64,000 nucleotides of DNA from Longimicrobiales bacterium (GCA_965238005.1 OZ250165.1:4160001-4224000), one strand, 5' to 3'; positions 8,796 through 19,007 are shown, numbered from the stretch's first letter. Numbers and translations are program-made. Notes: a model not told the origin generated them from the sequence alone.

Positions 8796-10978
8796 ATGAA
8801 GACACGGAGAGTGGGGCTGCTGGCCACCGCCACGTTCCTGACCGCCGCGGTCGCCTGGGTCACCCCCCTGCCCGGTCAGGCCGCCCAGAGCGACGAAATG
8901 CCGGCGTCGTGACGAGCGGCAATGGGCCGGAAGAAGGGGTATGGGTCATCGCCGAGACGGACGACCTGGCCACACGGTTCGTCAAGACCGTGGTCACCGG
9001 CGACGGTGGGCGCTTTCTCATTCCAGAGCTCCCCGAGGCCAACTACAAGCTCTGGGTCCGCGGGTACGGCCTCGTCGACTCGGAGAAGATCGACGCGACA
9101 CCGGGGACCGACATCGAGCTCCAGGCGACCCTTGCGGCCAGCGGGGCCGAAGCCGCCAAGGTGTATCCCGCCAACTACTGGTACTCACTGATCGAGCCGC
9201 CGGCCGCGAGCGAATTCCCCGGGACCGGGCCGAGCGGCAACGGGATCGCCCCGGGCCTCGAGACCCAGGGCCAGTGGGTGGACATCCAAAAGCAGGGCTG
9301 CATGCTGTGCCACCAGCTCGGCACCCAGATCGTCCGCGAGATCCAGAACATCGACCAGTTCGACTCGACGATTGACGCCTGGGATCACCGGGTTCAGATG
9401 GGGCAGCGGGGCTCGCAGATGAGCAACGTCATGAGCCGATTCGGCCGCCAGCGCGGCCTGCAGATGTTCGCCGACTGGAGCGACCGGATCGCGTCCGGTA
9501 CGCTTCCGCCCAGGCCGCCCCGTCCGCAGGGTGTCGAGCGCAACGTCGTCACCACGATGTGGGAGTGGGGCACCGAGGTCGACTACATCCACGACGAGAT
9601 CGCGTCCGACAAGCGCGACCCGACCGTGAACGCCAACGGACCGGTCTACGGCGTGAACATCTCGAACGACGAGCTCGCCATTCTCGACCCGGTGACACAC
9701 ATGGTGACCAACCTCAAGGTCCTGTTGCGGGCCGATCCGGCGACCGTGCCGCCGATGATTGCGCCGTCGATGCCAGTGCCGTCGCGGTTCTATGGGGAGG
9801 AGCTGATCTGGAACGACCCGGCCAACCCACATAACCCCATGATGGACCAGAAAGGGCGGGTCTGGATGACGTCGGCGATCCGAAGTCGTCAGAACCCCGA
9901 GTGGTGCCAGGAAGGGTCGGACAACAAGTACGCGAAGTATTACGCGATGGCGAGCAGCTGGCGGTCCGCGGTCTACTACGACCCGCCGACCAAGAAATTC
10001 GTCATGATCGACACCTGTTTCGGCACGCACCACCTGCAGTTTGCCGAGGACGATGACAACACGCTCTTCTTCAGCGGCGGCGGCCAGGTCGTGGGGTGGA
10101 TCAACACCGACGTCTACGACGAGACGGGCGACGAGCAGTTCTCGCAGGGCTGGTGTCCGACCGTCATCGACACCAACGGCGACGGCAGGATCACGAAGCC
10201 GTGGAACGAGCCGGATCGGAGTGGGAACATCGAGAACTTCGACGCGAGCAAGGACACGCGCGTGGTCGCGGGCAGCTATGGCCTCGTGGCTGACTCCAAG
10301 GTGGGCACGGCGGTCTGGCTCTCCTCGACGCGGTACCCGGGCAAGGTCGTGCGCTTGGACATCGGCGACAACCCGCCGGAGACCTGCCTCACTGAGATGT
10401 ACGAGGTGCCGTCGGTGCTCGACCTTGACGTGCCGAAGGACCAGACCGGCTTCGGCCCGCGCGGCATCGACATCGACCGCAACGGCGTGGTCTGGACGGC
10501 GCTCTCGGGCAGCGGCCACTTCGCCTCGTTCGACCGGACGAAGTGCGACACGCACGGACCGGAGATCCTAGACGGGCGCCACTGTGTCGAGGGATGGATG
10601 CTCTATCCGACACCGGGCCCGACGATCCAGAACACGGATCCCCCGATGCGAGCGGATCACCACTACTACAACTGGGTGGACCAGCACAACACGTTGGGTC
10701 TGGGCAAGAACATCCCGATCGCTAACGGGTCGAACTCCGATGCGTTGCTGGCGCTCATGCCGGACACGGGCGAGTGGGTCGTCCTGCGCGTGCCGTATCC
10801 TCAGGGCTTCTTCAGCCGCGGGCTCGACGGTCGTATCGACGACCCGAACGGCGGCTGGAAGGGTCGCGGCGTGTGGGCGACCTACGGCGCGGCGGTCACG
10901 TGGCACATCGAGGGCGGCAAGGGGGTCAAGCCTGGGATGATCAAGTTCCAGCTTCGGCCCGACCCGCTAGCGAACTAG
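8796..10978 (+). CDS. Secreted protein: carboxypeptidase-regulatory-like N-domain, c-type heme motif (CMLCH), beta-propeller-like C-region; frameshift near 8899
   Basis: ORF 8909-10978 (GVWVIAET...VVTGDGGRFLIPELPEANYKLWVRGYGL...CMLCHQLG...PRGIDIDRNGVVW). Signal peptide MKTRRVGLLATATFLTAAVAW... from ATG 8796 lies in another frame; adding one base at ~8899 joins them. Confidence 0.72.
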
Positions 10979-11223
10979 CGTAGGCGCTTGGCGTGTGCAA
11001 GCACGAAGTGGATCCCTCTGCCCTGGAGTCGATCGAAGAGCCACGGCCAGGCCGGACTCGTCTCGACGACTACCTCGAGCGGGCGAAATTGCTCGAGAAG
11101 CTCATCGAGTCGATCCGCTTCTCGGTCCTTGATACGGACGGGTCCCTCCACGAGCTGACCCGTGTTGCTCACGATGGCGATCACTGACTATGTTGCGTGA
11201 GCGTCGATTCCTGCGACAAACAT
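10976..11223 (-). mobile_element. IS110-family (DEDD) recombinase, 5' remnant with internal TAG
   Basis: ATG 11223: MFVAGIDAHAT*SVIAIVSNTGQLV...VVVETSPAWPWLFDRL...FVLAHAKRLR, matching the GID...E...H pattern of IS110 N-termini. GGAGG RBS present. Confidence 0.8.
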
Positions 11224-11430
11224 GGCTGGCCTCCTTGGGTTCGGGTGCCGCGGGAGCTTGAGTAGGCCCAGCGTAACGCCCAGCCCGAGTGAGGCCAGCC
11301 CTTCGCCTTATAAGATCAGAATACCGAGACGTTGGGTCGCGTCGAAAGAAATCGCTGATTGGCCACGTCATATTGTCTCGCTTCGCGTCTTCGTGGAGGG
11401 CGTGGTGATGGTCACTTTTAGGAGACACGA

Positions 11431-11874
11431 ATGCCGAACCTACAGTCCGTTCTCAGACAGGAGATCCGGAGACTCGCCCGCAGGGAGGTCCGTTCCGAGC
11501 TTGAGGCAACAAAGAAGGCGGTTGCCCAGCACCGTCGGGAGATCGCAGAGCTGAAGCGAAGAAACACGGCTCTGGAACGGACGGTGAGTTACCTGCAGTC
11601 TCGCGAGACGGAACAACCGAAGGCCGAGCCTTCGCAAGCAGATCCTCCGCGGGGGACGAGATTCTCGGTTGGGTCACTGAAGGCTCAGCGGAGGAAGTCG
11701 GGATTGTCCCAGGAGGACTACGCGAGCCTCGTCGGTGTCAGCAACTCGACGCTCTACAACTGGGAGAGTGGAAGTACCAAGCCGAGCGGGAAGCACTTGG
11801 CGACATTGGTGTCCCTCAGAGGGATTGGAAAGCGGGAGGCAAAGAAGCGCCTGGAGTTGTTGGAAGGCCAGTAA
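11431..11874 (+). CDS. XRE-family HTH transcriptional regulator with N-terminal coiled coil
   Basis: MPNLQSVLRQEIRRLARREVR... followed by LKAQRRKSGLSQEDYASLVGVSNSTLYNWESGSTKP. Confidence 0.85.
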   Translation: MPNLQSVLRQEIRRLARREVRSELEATKKAVAQHRREIAELKRRNTALERTVSYLQSRETEQPKAEPSQADPPRGTRFSVGSLKAQRRKSGLSQEDYASLVGVSNSTLYNWESGSTKPSGKHLATLVSLRGIGKREAKKRLELLEGQ

Positions 11875-12007
11875 CTCAGGAGGCCGTCGGTCTCCCGGTC
11901 TTGAGGTTCCAGCGATTCGACCCCGGGGGAGGGCCTGTTGATCATCACCTCGGCGCTCTTCGCGCTGGGACTGCCCTTGGTGTTGCTGTAGTCGCGCAGA
12001 TCAGCGA

Positions 12008-12142
12008 GCCGATAACGGTCCTCTAAGCCACAAGGACGCTCCAGCCTACCCTGGATACCGAATAAAGCACGAAGACGCTCAGGACGTCATTGCAGGAGGT
12101 GTCTGCCAGGGTTCTGCTTGCGCCTACCGGACCGCTCTCGGA
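12008..12142 (+). repeat. ~135-bp direct repeat, copy 2
   Basis: Aligns with 7986-8120. Confidence 0.93.
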
Positions 12143-12224
12143 CATTGACCTCGGTCTGATCCCGGAGTGCGCCCGTGTGGAATCCCGTTGTCCGCCAGAA
12201 CGCAGCCCTCGAAATGCTGCTCTG

Positions 12225-12419
12225 ATGCGATCGTCACGTTTCCTCTGGTGTGCAACTCTTCTCCTAGCCTTCCTTGGCTGTGGCGTTGCCGTCCAAGGTC
12301 AGGCCGGTGAGCCAGTCCGCGTCACCTTCCTCGATGTCGGTCAGGCTGATGCCATCCTCATCCGTTCCCCGCATGGACAAACTGCGCTCGTAAATGCGGG
12401 CCGAGGCGAACCTACTTAG
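12225..12419 (+). pseudogene. ComEC/Rec2-type metallo-beta-lactamase, 5' fragment
   Basis: Signal-like N-terminus, then VRVTFLDVGQADAILIRSPHGQTALVNAG and a stop before any HxHxDH motif. Confidence 0.75.
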
Positions 12420-12537
12420 CCGCTGGGCCACGAACCATCAGTCTCGGCAGTGCCGAGATATTTCGCCGAGAGGCGGACGGCTCCTTGCGAATAAGTCGGA
12501 ATGCCTGGAACCTGAATCCTTAGACTGCACACTCCTG

Positions 12538-12620
12538 ATGTCCGATCCCATCGTCCGCCTTAACGCCGCCTCGAAGACCGCTACGCCATCGAGCGTGAGC
12601 TAGGCGAACGCGGGATGGCG
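12538..12620 (+). pseudogene. Second Ser/Thr kinase 5' remnant (frameshifted)
   Basis: MSDPIVRLNAA / EDRYAIERELGERGMA; the DNA is similar to 8163-8247. Confidence 0.75.
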
Positions 12621-12715
12621 ATGGACGCACGGGGGCGGCGCGGTTTAGTTGTAACGGCACTTTGGCAACCTTGCTCTATGTTGAGTGAGAACACATTCTA
12701 CCGCAGCGACGGGGT

Positions 12716-13237
12716 ATGGACATGAGTGACGGAGTCCTGGCGGACGCGATCGAGGCGATCGGCTTTGCGCGTGAGGGGACGATCGGCGAAGCGAGCAACA
12801 TCCCGGTGGAGAGCTGGGACTTTCGACCCCACCCCGACGCGAAGAGCGTCTCGGAGCTCGTGCGCCACATCATCGAAGCGAGCCTGATGCTGATCGGTGA
12901 GGCGGCGGATCCTGATGGGGACTTCACGCGACGGTCGCCTGGAGACCACGTATTGGATCACGCCGGACACTTGCCCGAAGCCATGACCCCGAGCCAGCTC
13001 CTCACAGCGCTCGAATCTTCACTGGAGACTTGCAAGAAGCGCATCCGTGCCGCGGGTGAGGACCATTGGTCGCACGACATCAAGCGGTTCGACGGGGGGA
13101 CGTGGAAACGCGTGACCTATGTCTTCTATGCGGGCGCCCACGAGTACTACCACTGCGGTCAGCTCGCTACCTACGCACGCTCCTTGGGCTTAGTCCCAGC
13201 ACTCACCAAGCGGATCCACGGAGACCAGGCCAGCTAG
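12716..13237 (+). CDS. DinB-family protein
   Basis: WDFRPHPDAKSVSELVRHI...HEYYHCGQLATYARSLGLVP (three-His DinB signature). Confidence 0.88.
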   Translation: MDMSDGVLADAIEAIGFAREGTIGEASNIPVESWDFRPHPDAKSVSELVRHIIEASLMLIGEAADPDGDFTRRSPGDHVLDHAGHLPEAMTPSQLLTALESSLETCKKRIRAAGEDHWSHDIKRFDGGTWKRVTYVFYAGAHEYYHCGQLATYARSLGLVPALTKRIHGDQAS

Positions 13238-13454
13238 GCTCAACGCTCGATGGCGTAGCAACCTTCGAGTGCGGCGTTCAGAGGATCAACTGAATCGGAC
13301 GCGAGCAACTACGTGTCTTTACTGGGGCTTCCCATCTTTCACCTCATCCGGTGATTCGTACCGGCGTGGTGAGCGAGTGAGGGGCCCGGACCGGAAGGAC
13401 TCCACCACCTCAGCGTGCTCCTCACGTGCTCCGCCGTCCGTCCGGACATACCCG

Positions 13455-15152
13455 TCAGGAGAACAGTGGTGGGTGTTTCTTGTCAAACCCGGTCGCCTCC
13501 AGAAGACGCTGGGCCACGGCCAGCAGGTCGCCCTCCTGGTAAAGCTGGCCCGCGAGCATGACCCCAAGCGGCTCACCGTTCGATCTCAACCCCGTCGGCA
13601 AGGCGACTACCGGGTGGCCGGTCAGACTTGTAAGCGGGCTGATGCTTCGGCTTGGGTGCCACCAGACTCCGTGAGGAGACAGCACGACGTCAACGTCCCT
13701 CATCGCCTGGTGGGTTTCCTCCATAAGGCGTTGGCGCATACGGTTGGCCTGAAGATATTCTACCGCCGGCGCCAGACTATAGGCCCGGAGCTTGGCGCCG
13801 TGGTTGGTCATCCCGAGTTGCTCATCGAGGCCGCTCTGGAGGAACTCGCTGAAGCCGGCCGCCCGTTCGATAAATTCCACAAAGAAATTGAGATTGCTGG
13901 CCGGGAACCGGACGGGCCGGAGCTCGCCCCACTGGGCACGCACGAGGTCAATCAGATAGTTGTGGTGCGTCCGGTATTCAGGGTCTTCTTCAGCCTCGAA
14001 ACCGTCAACAATGTAGCCGAGGCGAAGTTTGGTTGCGTCTTTGCCGGCGTCCCAGTGGACGGGGATATCCGGCACTGAAAAGTCCTGACCGTCAGGCCCG
14101 GCAATAGCGTGCAGCACCAGCGCCACCCCTTCGGCCGACCGGCACATGGGGCCGATTTTGTCGAGCGTTGTGCCGGCCGCCATGACGCCATACCGGCTTG
14201 TTCTCCCGAAGGTAGGACGTAAGCCGACGACGCCACACCGTTGCGATGGTCCCATGATGGAGCCGCCGGTATCGGTGCCGATCGAGAAACCCACCAGGCC
14301 CGCCCCCGTTGCGGCGCCGGAGCCCGCTGAAGAGCCGCTTGAACCAACCTCCGGATTCCACGGGCTGTTGGTGCGGCCGCCGAACCATTGATCGCCGAAA
14401 GCGAGTTCACCGGTTGTCAGCTTGGCCACCAATACTGCCCCGGCCGCGTCGAGACGCTGGACCACGGTCGCGTCCTGATCGATTACCCGATCCGCATAGG
14501 CCGCTGTGCCCCAGGTCGTGGGATAGCCGCGGACGGCGATGATGTCCTTTACACCATAAGGTATCCCATGGAGCGGTCCGCGATGGTGGCCGGCGGCGAT
14601 GTCTTCATCCGCGTTGGCCGCTTGCGCCCGGGCTCGCGCTTCCGTGAGGTTGACAACGCAGTTCAAGACCGGACCGTGACGCTTCAGCCGGCGGAGATAC
14701 ATATCGGTGAGTTCCACCGATGTGACTTGCCGGGTCTCGAGCAACTGTGCGAGCCGTGGGATCGGCCAAAATGCCGCCGTTTCCAGATTGGCGGGGCGCG
14801 CAACCTCGGGTGTGCTCGCCCGAACCGGAGTCGGTGTCGGATCGATAGTCGTACCCGAGACGCGCGGGTCGAAGTGCAGAGGAATCGGTATGTCATTGTC
14901 GAGGGAGGCTTCCGCAAGGTCCTGATATTGGGTCAGATTCTCTTCGACATCCGCCACCATAGCCGCCGCCTGGCCCCGGGTGACGTCGAGACCGGCGATC
15001 CGAGCCGCGTCAAGAATCAGCTCCGGGGTTACCTCATCGACACCGGCTTCCTGAGCCTTGGCCAACAGGACACCCGGAAATAAGAGTGCCGGTGTGGCCA
15101 GACCGGCGGCGGTCAGGTCGGCAAAGAAGCGGCGGCGGGGAAGGTCAGACAT
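13455..15152 (-). CDS. Amidase-signature family enzyme with Tat-like signal
   Basis: MSDLPRRRFF... and GPLHGIPYGVKD...GSSGSSAGSG...IGTDTGGSI...CGVVGLRPTFGR. Confidence 0.92.
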   Translation of the reverse strand: MSDLPRRRFFADLTAAGLATPALLFPGVLLAKAQEAGVDEVTPELILDAARIAGLDVTRGQAAAMVADVEENLTQYQDLAEASLDNDIPIPLHFDPRVSGTTIDPTPTPVRASTPEVARPANLETAAFWPIPRLAQLLETRQVTSVELTDMYLRRLKRHGPVLNCVVNLTEARARAQAANADEDIAAGHHRGPLHGIPYGVKDIIAVRGYPTTWGTAAYADRVIDQDATVVQRLDAAGAVLVAKLTTGELAFGDQWFGGRTNSPWNPEVGSSGSSAGSGAATGAGLVGFSIGTDTGGSIMGPSQRCGVVGLRPTFGRTSRYGVMAAGTTLDKIGPMCRSAEGVALVLHAIAGPDGQDFSVPDIPVHWDAGKDATKLRLGYIVDGFEAEEDPEYRTHHNYLIDLVRAQWGELRPVRFPASNLNFFVEFIERAAGFSEFLQSGLDEQLGMTNHGAKLRAYSLAPAVEYLQANRMRQRLMEETHQAMRDVDVVLSPHGVWWHPSRSISPLTSLTGHPVVALPTGLRSNGEPLGVMLAGQLYQEGDLLAVAQRLLEATGFDKKHPPLFS

Positions 15153-15223
15153 GTCTGTTCTCCGATTGATACCTAGTTTAGCGAATGGCGCCCGTTCTCG
15201 GTTTCGGGTCGCCGACTCCACCG

Positions 15224-15248
15224 ATGTCATACTATGACATACTATGTC
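15224..15248. promoter_or_regulatory. Overlapping palindromic operator-like sites
   Basis: ATGTCATA-C-TATGACAT (15224-15240, perfect 8-1-8) overlaps GACATA-C-TATGTC (15236-15248), about 70 bp upstream of the amidase start. Confidence 0.55.
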
Positions 15249-15751
15249 TGAGTAGAAACACGAACTTTCTTAGAGATTGCGGCGAACAGGCAAGTCACAG
15301 CTAAGACAATCAACTTCGTCTTCATAGAATCCCCTCGGATGCGGTGGTTTCCTCTCGGAGTCACGCTGTACCGCGCGACCAATCTGTCGATCGCAAGCGA
15401 AGCACGCTAGTCGACTGTGTGTCGGAGATCGATTGATGATGGCGAGTCATTAGATGTGCGCGTTGCCCACATCTTTGCCCGATCGCTTGGTCCGTTATCG
15501 GGGTGAATTCCAGCCGTAAAACCCGAGAGAACGGCGTCTAGGCTTCCAGGACGGGTCGCATGCAGAGAGATGCCCCCAGACGGGGTGTGGGGAATCTCCC
15601 CACGCGCGGGGGTCTCCGGCCCCCTGCCAGACAGGAACTCCATACGTAACCTTCATACCCCATGATGCAGGTATCCCTAAAGGCCCAATAAGCCCATCCA
15701 GCTATCGGATTGACCGAGCGGCCACCCCTATCGTTCGGAGGTGGAGACGAG

Positions 15752-15900
15752 ATGAGCCTAGCGAGCGGAGCAAAGAAAGACTGTGAGGCGTTGGCCGCTT
15801 ACACGCTGATGAGCGTGAAGCAGGTGGCCGGGTTCTTGGGCTGTTTGGAGAAGGTGGCCCGCGAGATGGATCTGCCGTGGATTAGGGTGGGACGAACGAT
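15752..15900 (+). pseudogene. Excisionase-like small HTH fragment
   Basis: LMSVKQVAGFLGCLEKVAREMDLPWIRVGRT resembles HTH_17/Xis; the sequence beyond ~15900 looks unrelated. Confidence 0.4.
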
Positions 15901-16147
15901 GCTCAAGGTCACGCCCCTCGTAGGGTGCGCGGGCATAAGCCGGTTGCTCGACCGCACCATCACGTCGTTCACGGCGATGTCGGCCGGCGGTGCCACGCCG
16001 TCCTGCAGGCCGTCAGGCGTATGCTGTGGCCATTGACGAGCCGGTGCATCTCTGCGAGCGGGAAGGGCTGCTCCTCGTCCCGCAGCAGGACGCCGATGTG
16101 GCTCGAGGTTGAGCACGGGGATGCGGGGGAGGTGGCGGCGGGCAGCG

Positions 16148-17059
16148 CTACGAGGCGCGCGCCTCTTTGCCGGCCTGCGCCTCGTACGCCTTGATAAGGG
16201 CCTGTGTGCCTTCGTCGGCACAGCCGAGCCGTTCGACGATGTTGAAGAACTGGTGGGCCAGGCTGACACCGGGCAGCGCCAGCTTGACGTCGTTCGCGGC
16301 CTCGAGGACGAGCTTGAGGTCCTTCTGCTGCAGGCGCACCATGAATCCGGGGGCGAAGTCCCCCTTCAGGATGCGCGGGCCCAGATTCGTCAACTGCCAC
16401 GAGCCTGCGGCACCGCCACTGATGGCATCCACAACTTTGCCCACGTCCAGGTCGGAGGCCGCGGCCAGCATCAGGGCCTCGGCCATGGCCAGGTTCGCTC
16501 CTGCCACCGCGATCTGGTTGCAGGCCTTCGTCGTCTGGCCGGCACCGTTGCCGCCGATGAGGTTGATGTTCTTACCCATTGCCTCGAACACGGGCAGACA
16601 GTCGTCGAACACTCTCTGCTCACCGCCGACCATGATCGACAACGTGCCCTGCTGCGCGCCCACGTCGCCGCCACTCACCGGTGCGTCGAGCATGTGCACA
16701 CCCTTTTCGCGCAGGGCAGCGGCGATGTCCCGTGTGACCCGGGGAGAGATCGTGCTCATGTCGATGACCGTCGCACCTGCACGAGCGGTCTGCAGCACAC
16801 CGTCCTCGCCGAGGATCACCTTCTCCGCGTCGGGTGTGTCCGTCACGATGGTGATGATCACGTCGCTGCCGTCCGCCGCCGCCGCCGGCGTCGCCACGCG
16901 CTTGCCACCCGCGTCGACCACTTCCTGCACGCGCGGCCGGTCTGTGCGGTTGTAGACTTTCAGCGAGAAGCCCGCCTTGATCAGGTTCAACGCCATCGGC
17001 GCTCCCATGATCCCGAGGCCGACGAAGCCGATCGGTGTGCTCCCGGGCTTGGCTGGCAT
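16148..17059 (-). CDS. NAD-dependent beta-hydroxyacid dehydrogenase (tartronate semialdehyde reductase/GarR-like)
   Basis: IGFVGLGIMGAPMA...DAPVSGG...TLSIMVGG...GAGQTTKACNQ...FAPGF...KDL. Confidence 0.92.
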   Translation of the reverse strand: MPAKPGSTPIGFVGLGIMGAPMALNLIKAGFSLKVYNRTDRPRVQEVVDAGGKRVATPAAAADGSDVIITIVTDTPDAEKVILGEDGVLQTARAGATVIDMSTISPRVTRDIAAALREKGVHMLDAPVSGGDVGAQQGTLSIMVGGEQRVFDDCLPVFEAMGKNINLIGGNGAGQTTKACNQIAVAGANLAMAEALMLAAASDLDVGKVVDAISGGAAGSWQLTNLGPRILKGDFAPGFMVRLQQKDLKLVLEAANDVKLALPGVSLAHQFFNIVERLGCADEGTQALIKAYEAQAGKEARAS

Positions 17060-17495
17060 GTTCGATCTCCTCAGTGCGAGTAGAAGCGGTGTCGATGGTC
17101 CTGGTTGTCGGCGTCCTCGTAGATCTGGCCGAACCAGACCTGCAGGACCTCGCCGCTGGGGGCCTGCAGCCGCTGTCCTATACCCTAGCCCGGTCTTCGG
17201 CGGAAGGCGGCGGCAATGACCTCGTTGCCGCGCCCGATCTCGCTGTCGAGGAAGCCACTCACGATGCACCGGCTGCCGGGGCCCATCCTCAGGATGAGCG
17301 GCGGATCAGCGGCAAATTTGGGTTAGGATTCGGCTCCGCGCTACTAGAACGCTTCCACCTTGGGTTGGCCTGTATCGCGAGGACAACGCTGCGCAGACTT
17401 TCCTTCCGAGCCGACTCGAACGACTGCCGCATCCAGGTAATGACGGCCTCGTTCCTCTCTACGAGCTCCGCCCTGGGATCGAGGAGTACCTCTCG

Positions 17496-17884
17496 GTGCG
17501 GCTCGAAATGGACCGTGAGACGTTGCCCGGGGGGCAGGGCGCCCTATTGGCCACCTTGCTTCAGCGGTATTCCCACCCGAGCGGTAAGCTGCTGGGAGTC
17601 CCAGCCGCAGCCGCCAAGGCTGCCAAGTCGGTTGCCGACCTAGGCTTGGGAGATCGCTGCGAGGCGATCGTGGGCGACATGTTCGAATCCGTTCCGCCCG
17701 GCGGGGACGTCTACGTCCTGAAGAGAATCCTGCGTGATTGGGACGACGAGCAGGCCGTCACCATCCTCCGAAAGTGCCGAAAAGCGATGACGGAGGATTG
17801 GAGACTATTGATCATCGAACCGATCGTGTCTCGGGCACCGGGCTTCGACTACGCGAAATTGGAGCTGTTCTTCCCCCCACAGCA
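17496..17884 (+). pseudogene. O-methyltransferase (Methyltransf_2) fragment
   Basis: DRCEAIVGDMFESVPPGGDVYVLKRILRDWDDEQAVTILRKCRKAM...LLIIE. The SAM motif is degenerate and both ends are truncated. Confidence 0.7.
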
Positions 17885-18244
17885 TTACGCGCCGGCAACC
17901 ACCTTCGCGACGGCCTCGAGGAGCTCTTTGGGGTCGATGGGCTTACTGAGCGCTACGGCGGCTCCCTCAATCTTGGCCTGAGCGAGTCGAGTCGGTCCTT
18001 CGCCTGAAACCGCAATGATCGCCGACTCAGGAAACAGCGCCTGTAGCGCCGCGATGAACTCCAGCCCATCCACCTTGGGCATTTGAAGATCCGTGATGAC
18101 GACGTCGATGTCCTTTTTCAGGTAGGTCTTGAACGCTTGCTCGCCGTCCCAGGCCAAGTAGATGTCGTGACCCGATCCTTCAAAGATGGCACGCACGAGG
18201 CGCTGATCGGTGGGCTCATCTTCGACGATCAGTATTCAGGCCAT
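17885..18244 (-). pseudogene. Single-domain response regulator with TGA at codon 3
   Basis: ATG 18244: MA*ILIVEDEPTDQRLVRAIFE...VITDLQMPKVDG...AVSG...SKP. The stop at 18236-18238 removes the acidic pocket unless it is an error. Confidence 0.78.
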
Positions 18245-18369
18245 GATGCAACCATTAGCGGATAGAAGGCGTCGGAAGGGCCGGACCCGACCTTGTAGCA
18301 GGCTATAGAAGGAGTCTGAAGGCGTCAAGAAAGACCCTTGGACCAAACGGGTCCTGGTTCCCCTCCCGG

Positions 18370-19007
18370 GTGCTCCGCATCCAGTCCGGCGACATCGTCA
18401 CGGTCACCACCATGCTCACGTCGAGCCCACGACGCCTCGAAGGCGCCGGCGTCGCGCCGGGGAGGGTCCAGCAAGCTCTCCGAGACATCTACGACCAGGT
18501 CACCGACCGGGGGCCTGGCGGGCACATCCTCACCGGGCCGATCTTCGTCGAGGGCGCGGAGCCGGGGGACGTCCTGGAGGTTCGAATGCTCTCCGTGGGT
18601 CTGTCCATGGACTACGGGTTCCGGTTCACGTCAGGGGCGCGCTCTTCGAAGTCGGGGACGGACACGCCGCCCAAGGGGATGGCGAGGTGGACCAGACGGG
18701 CATCGAAACGTCTTTGGAGGGAGAGCTTCAGCTCATCGTCCGCAAGGACATGAGTCTCGAGTGGCCCATTGGCGAGACGCCGACCCACTTCATCACGATG
18801 GGCACGCACGAGGATCTTACGGAGGCCACCAGGATCGCCGTCGATCAGACTGTGTCGTTCATTGCCGAACGGACTGGGCTCTCCCGTGAGGAAGCCTACC
18901 AGTTGAGTAGCCTCGTGGTCGACTTCCGTATCACGCAGCTGGTGGATCGGATGGTGGGCGTGCACGCCATGGTCCCTAAGTCGATCCTGGGTCTCCGGAC
19001 GCGGTAA
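18370..19007 (+). pseudogene. Acetamidase/formamidase family, 5'-truncated with an internal deletion near 18620
   Basis: GPGGHILTGPIFVEGAEPGDVLEVR, then in another frame GALFEVGDGHAAQGDGEVDQTGIETSL...AYQLSSLVVDFRITQLVD. Confidence 0.8.

Noticed and set aside
15900..16140. Apparent coding fragment on the minus strand (similar case at 17071-17280)
   Set aside because: It looks coding but is frameshifted, and I could not assign a family.
18236..18238. In-frame TGA (and the TAG in the IS110 remnant) as Sec/Pyl recoding
   Set aside because: Both fall at non-catalytic positions in decaying island genes, with no supporting machinery in the window; simple nonsense changes are more likely.
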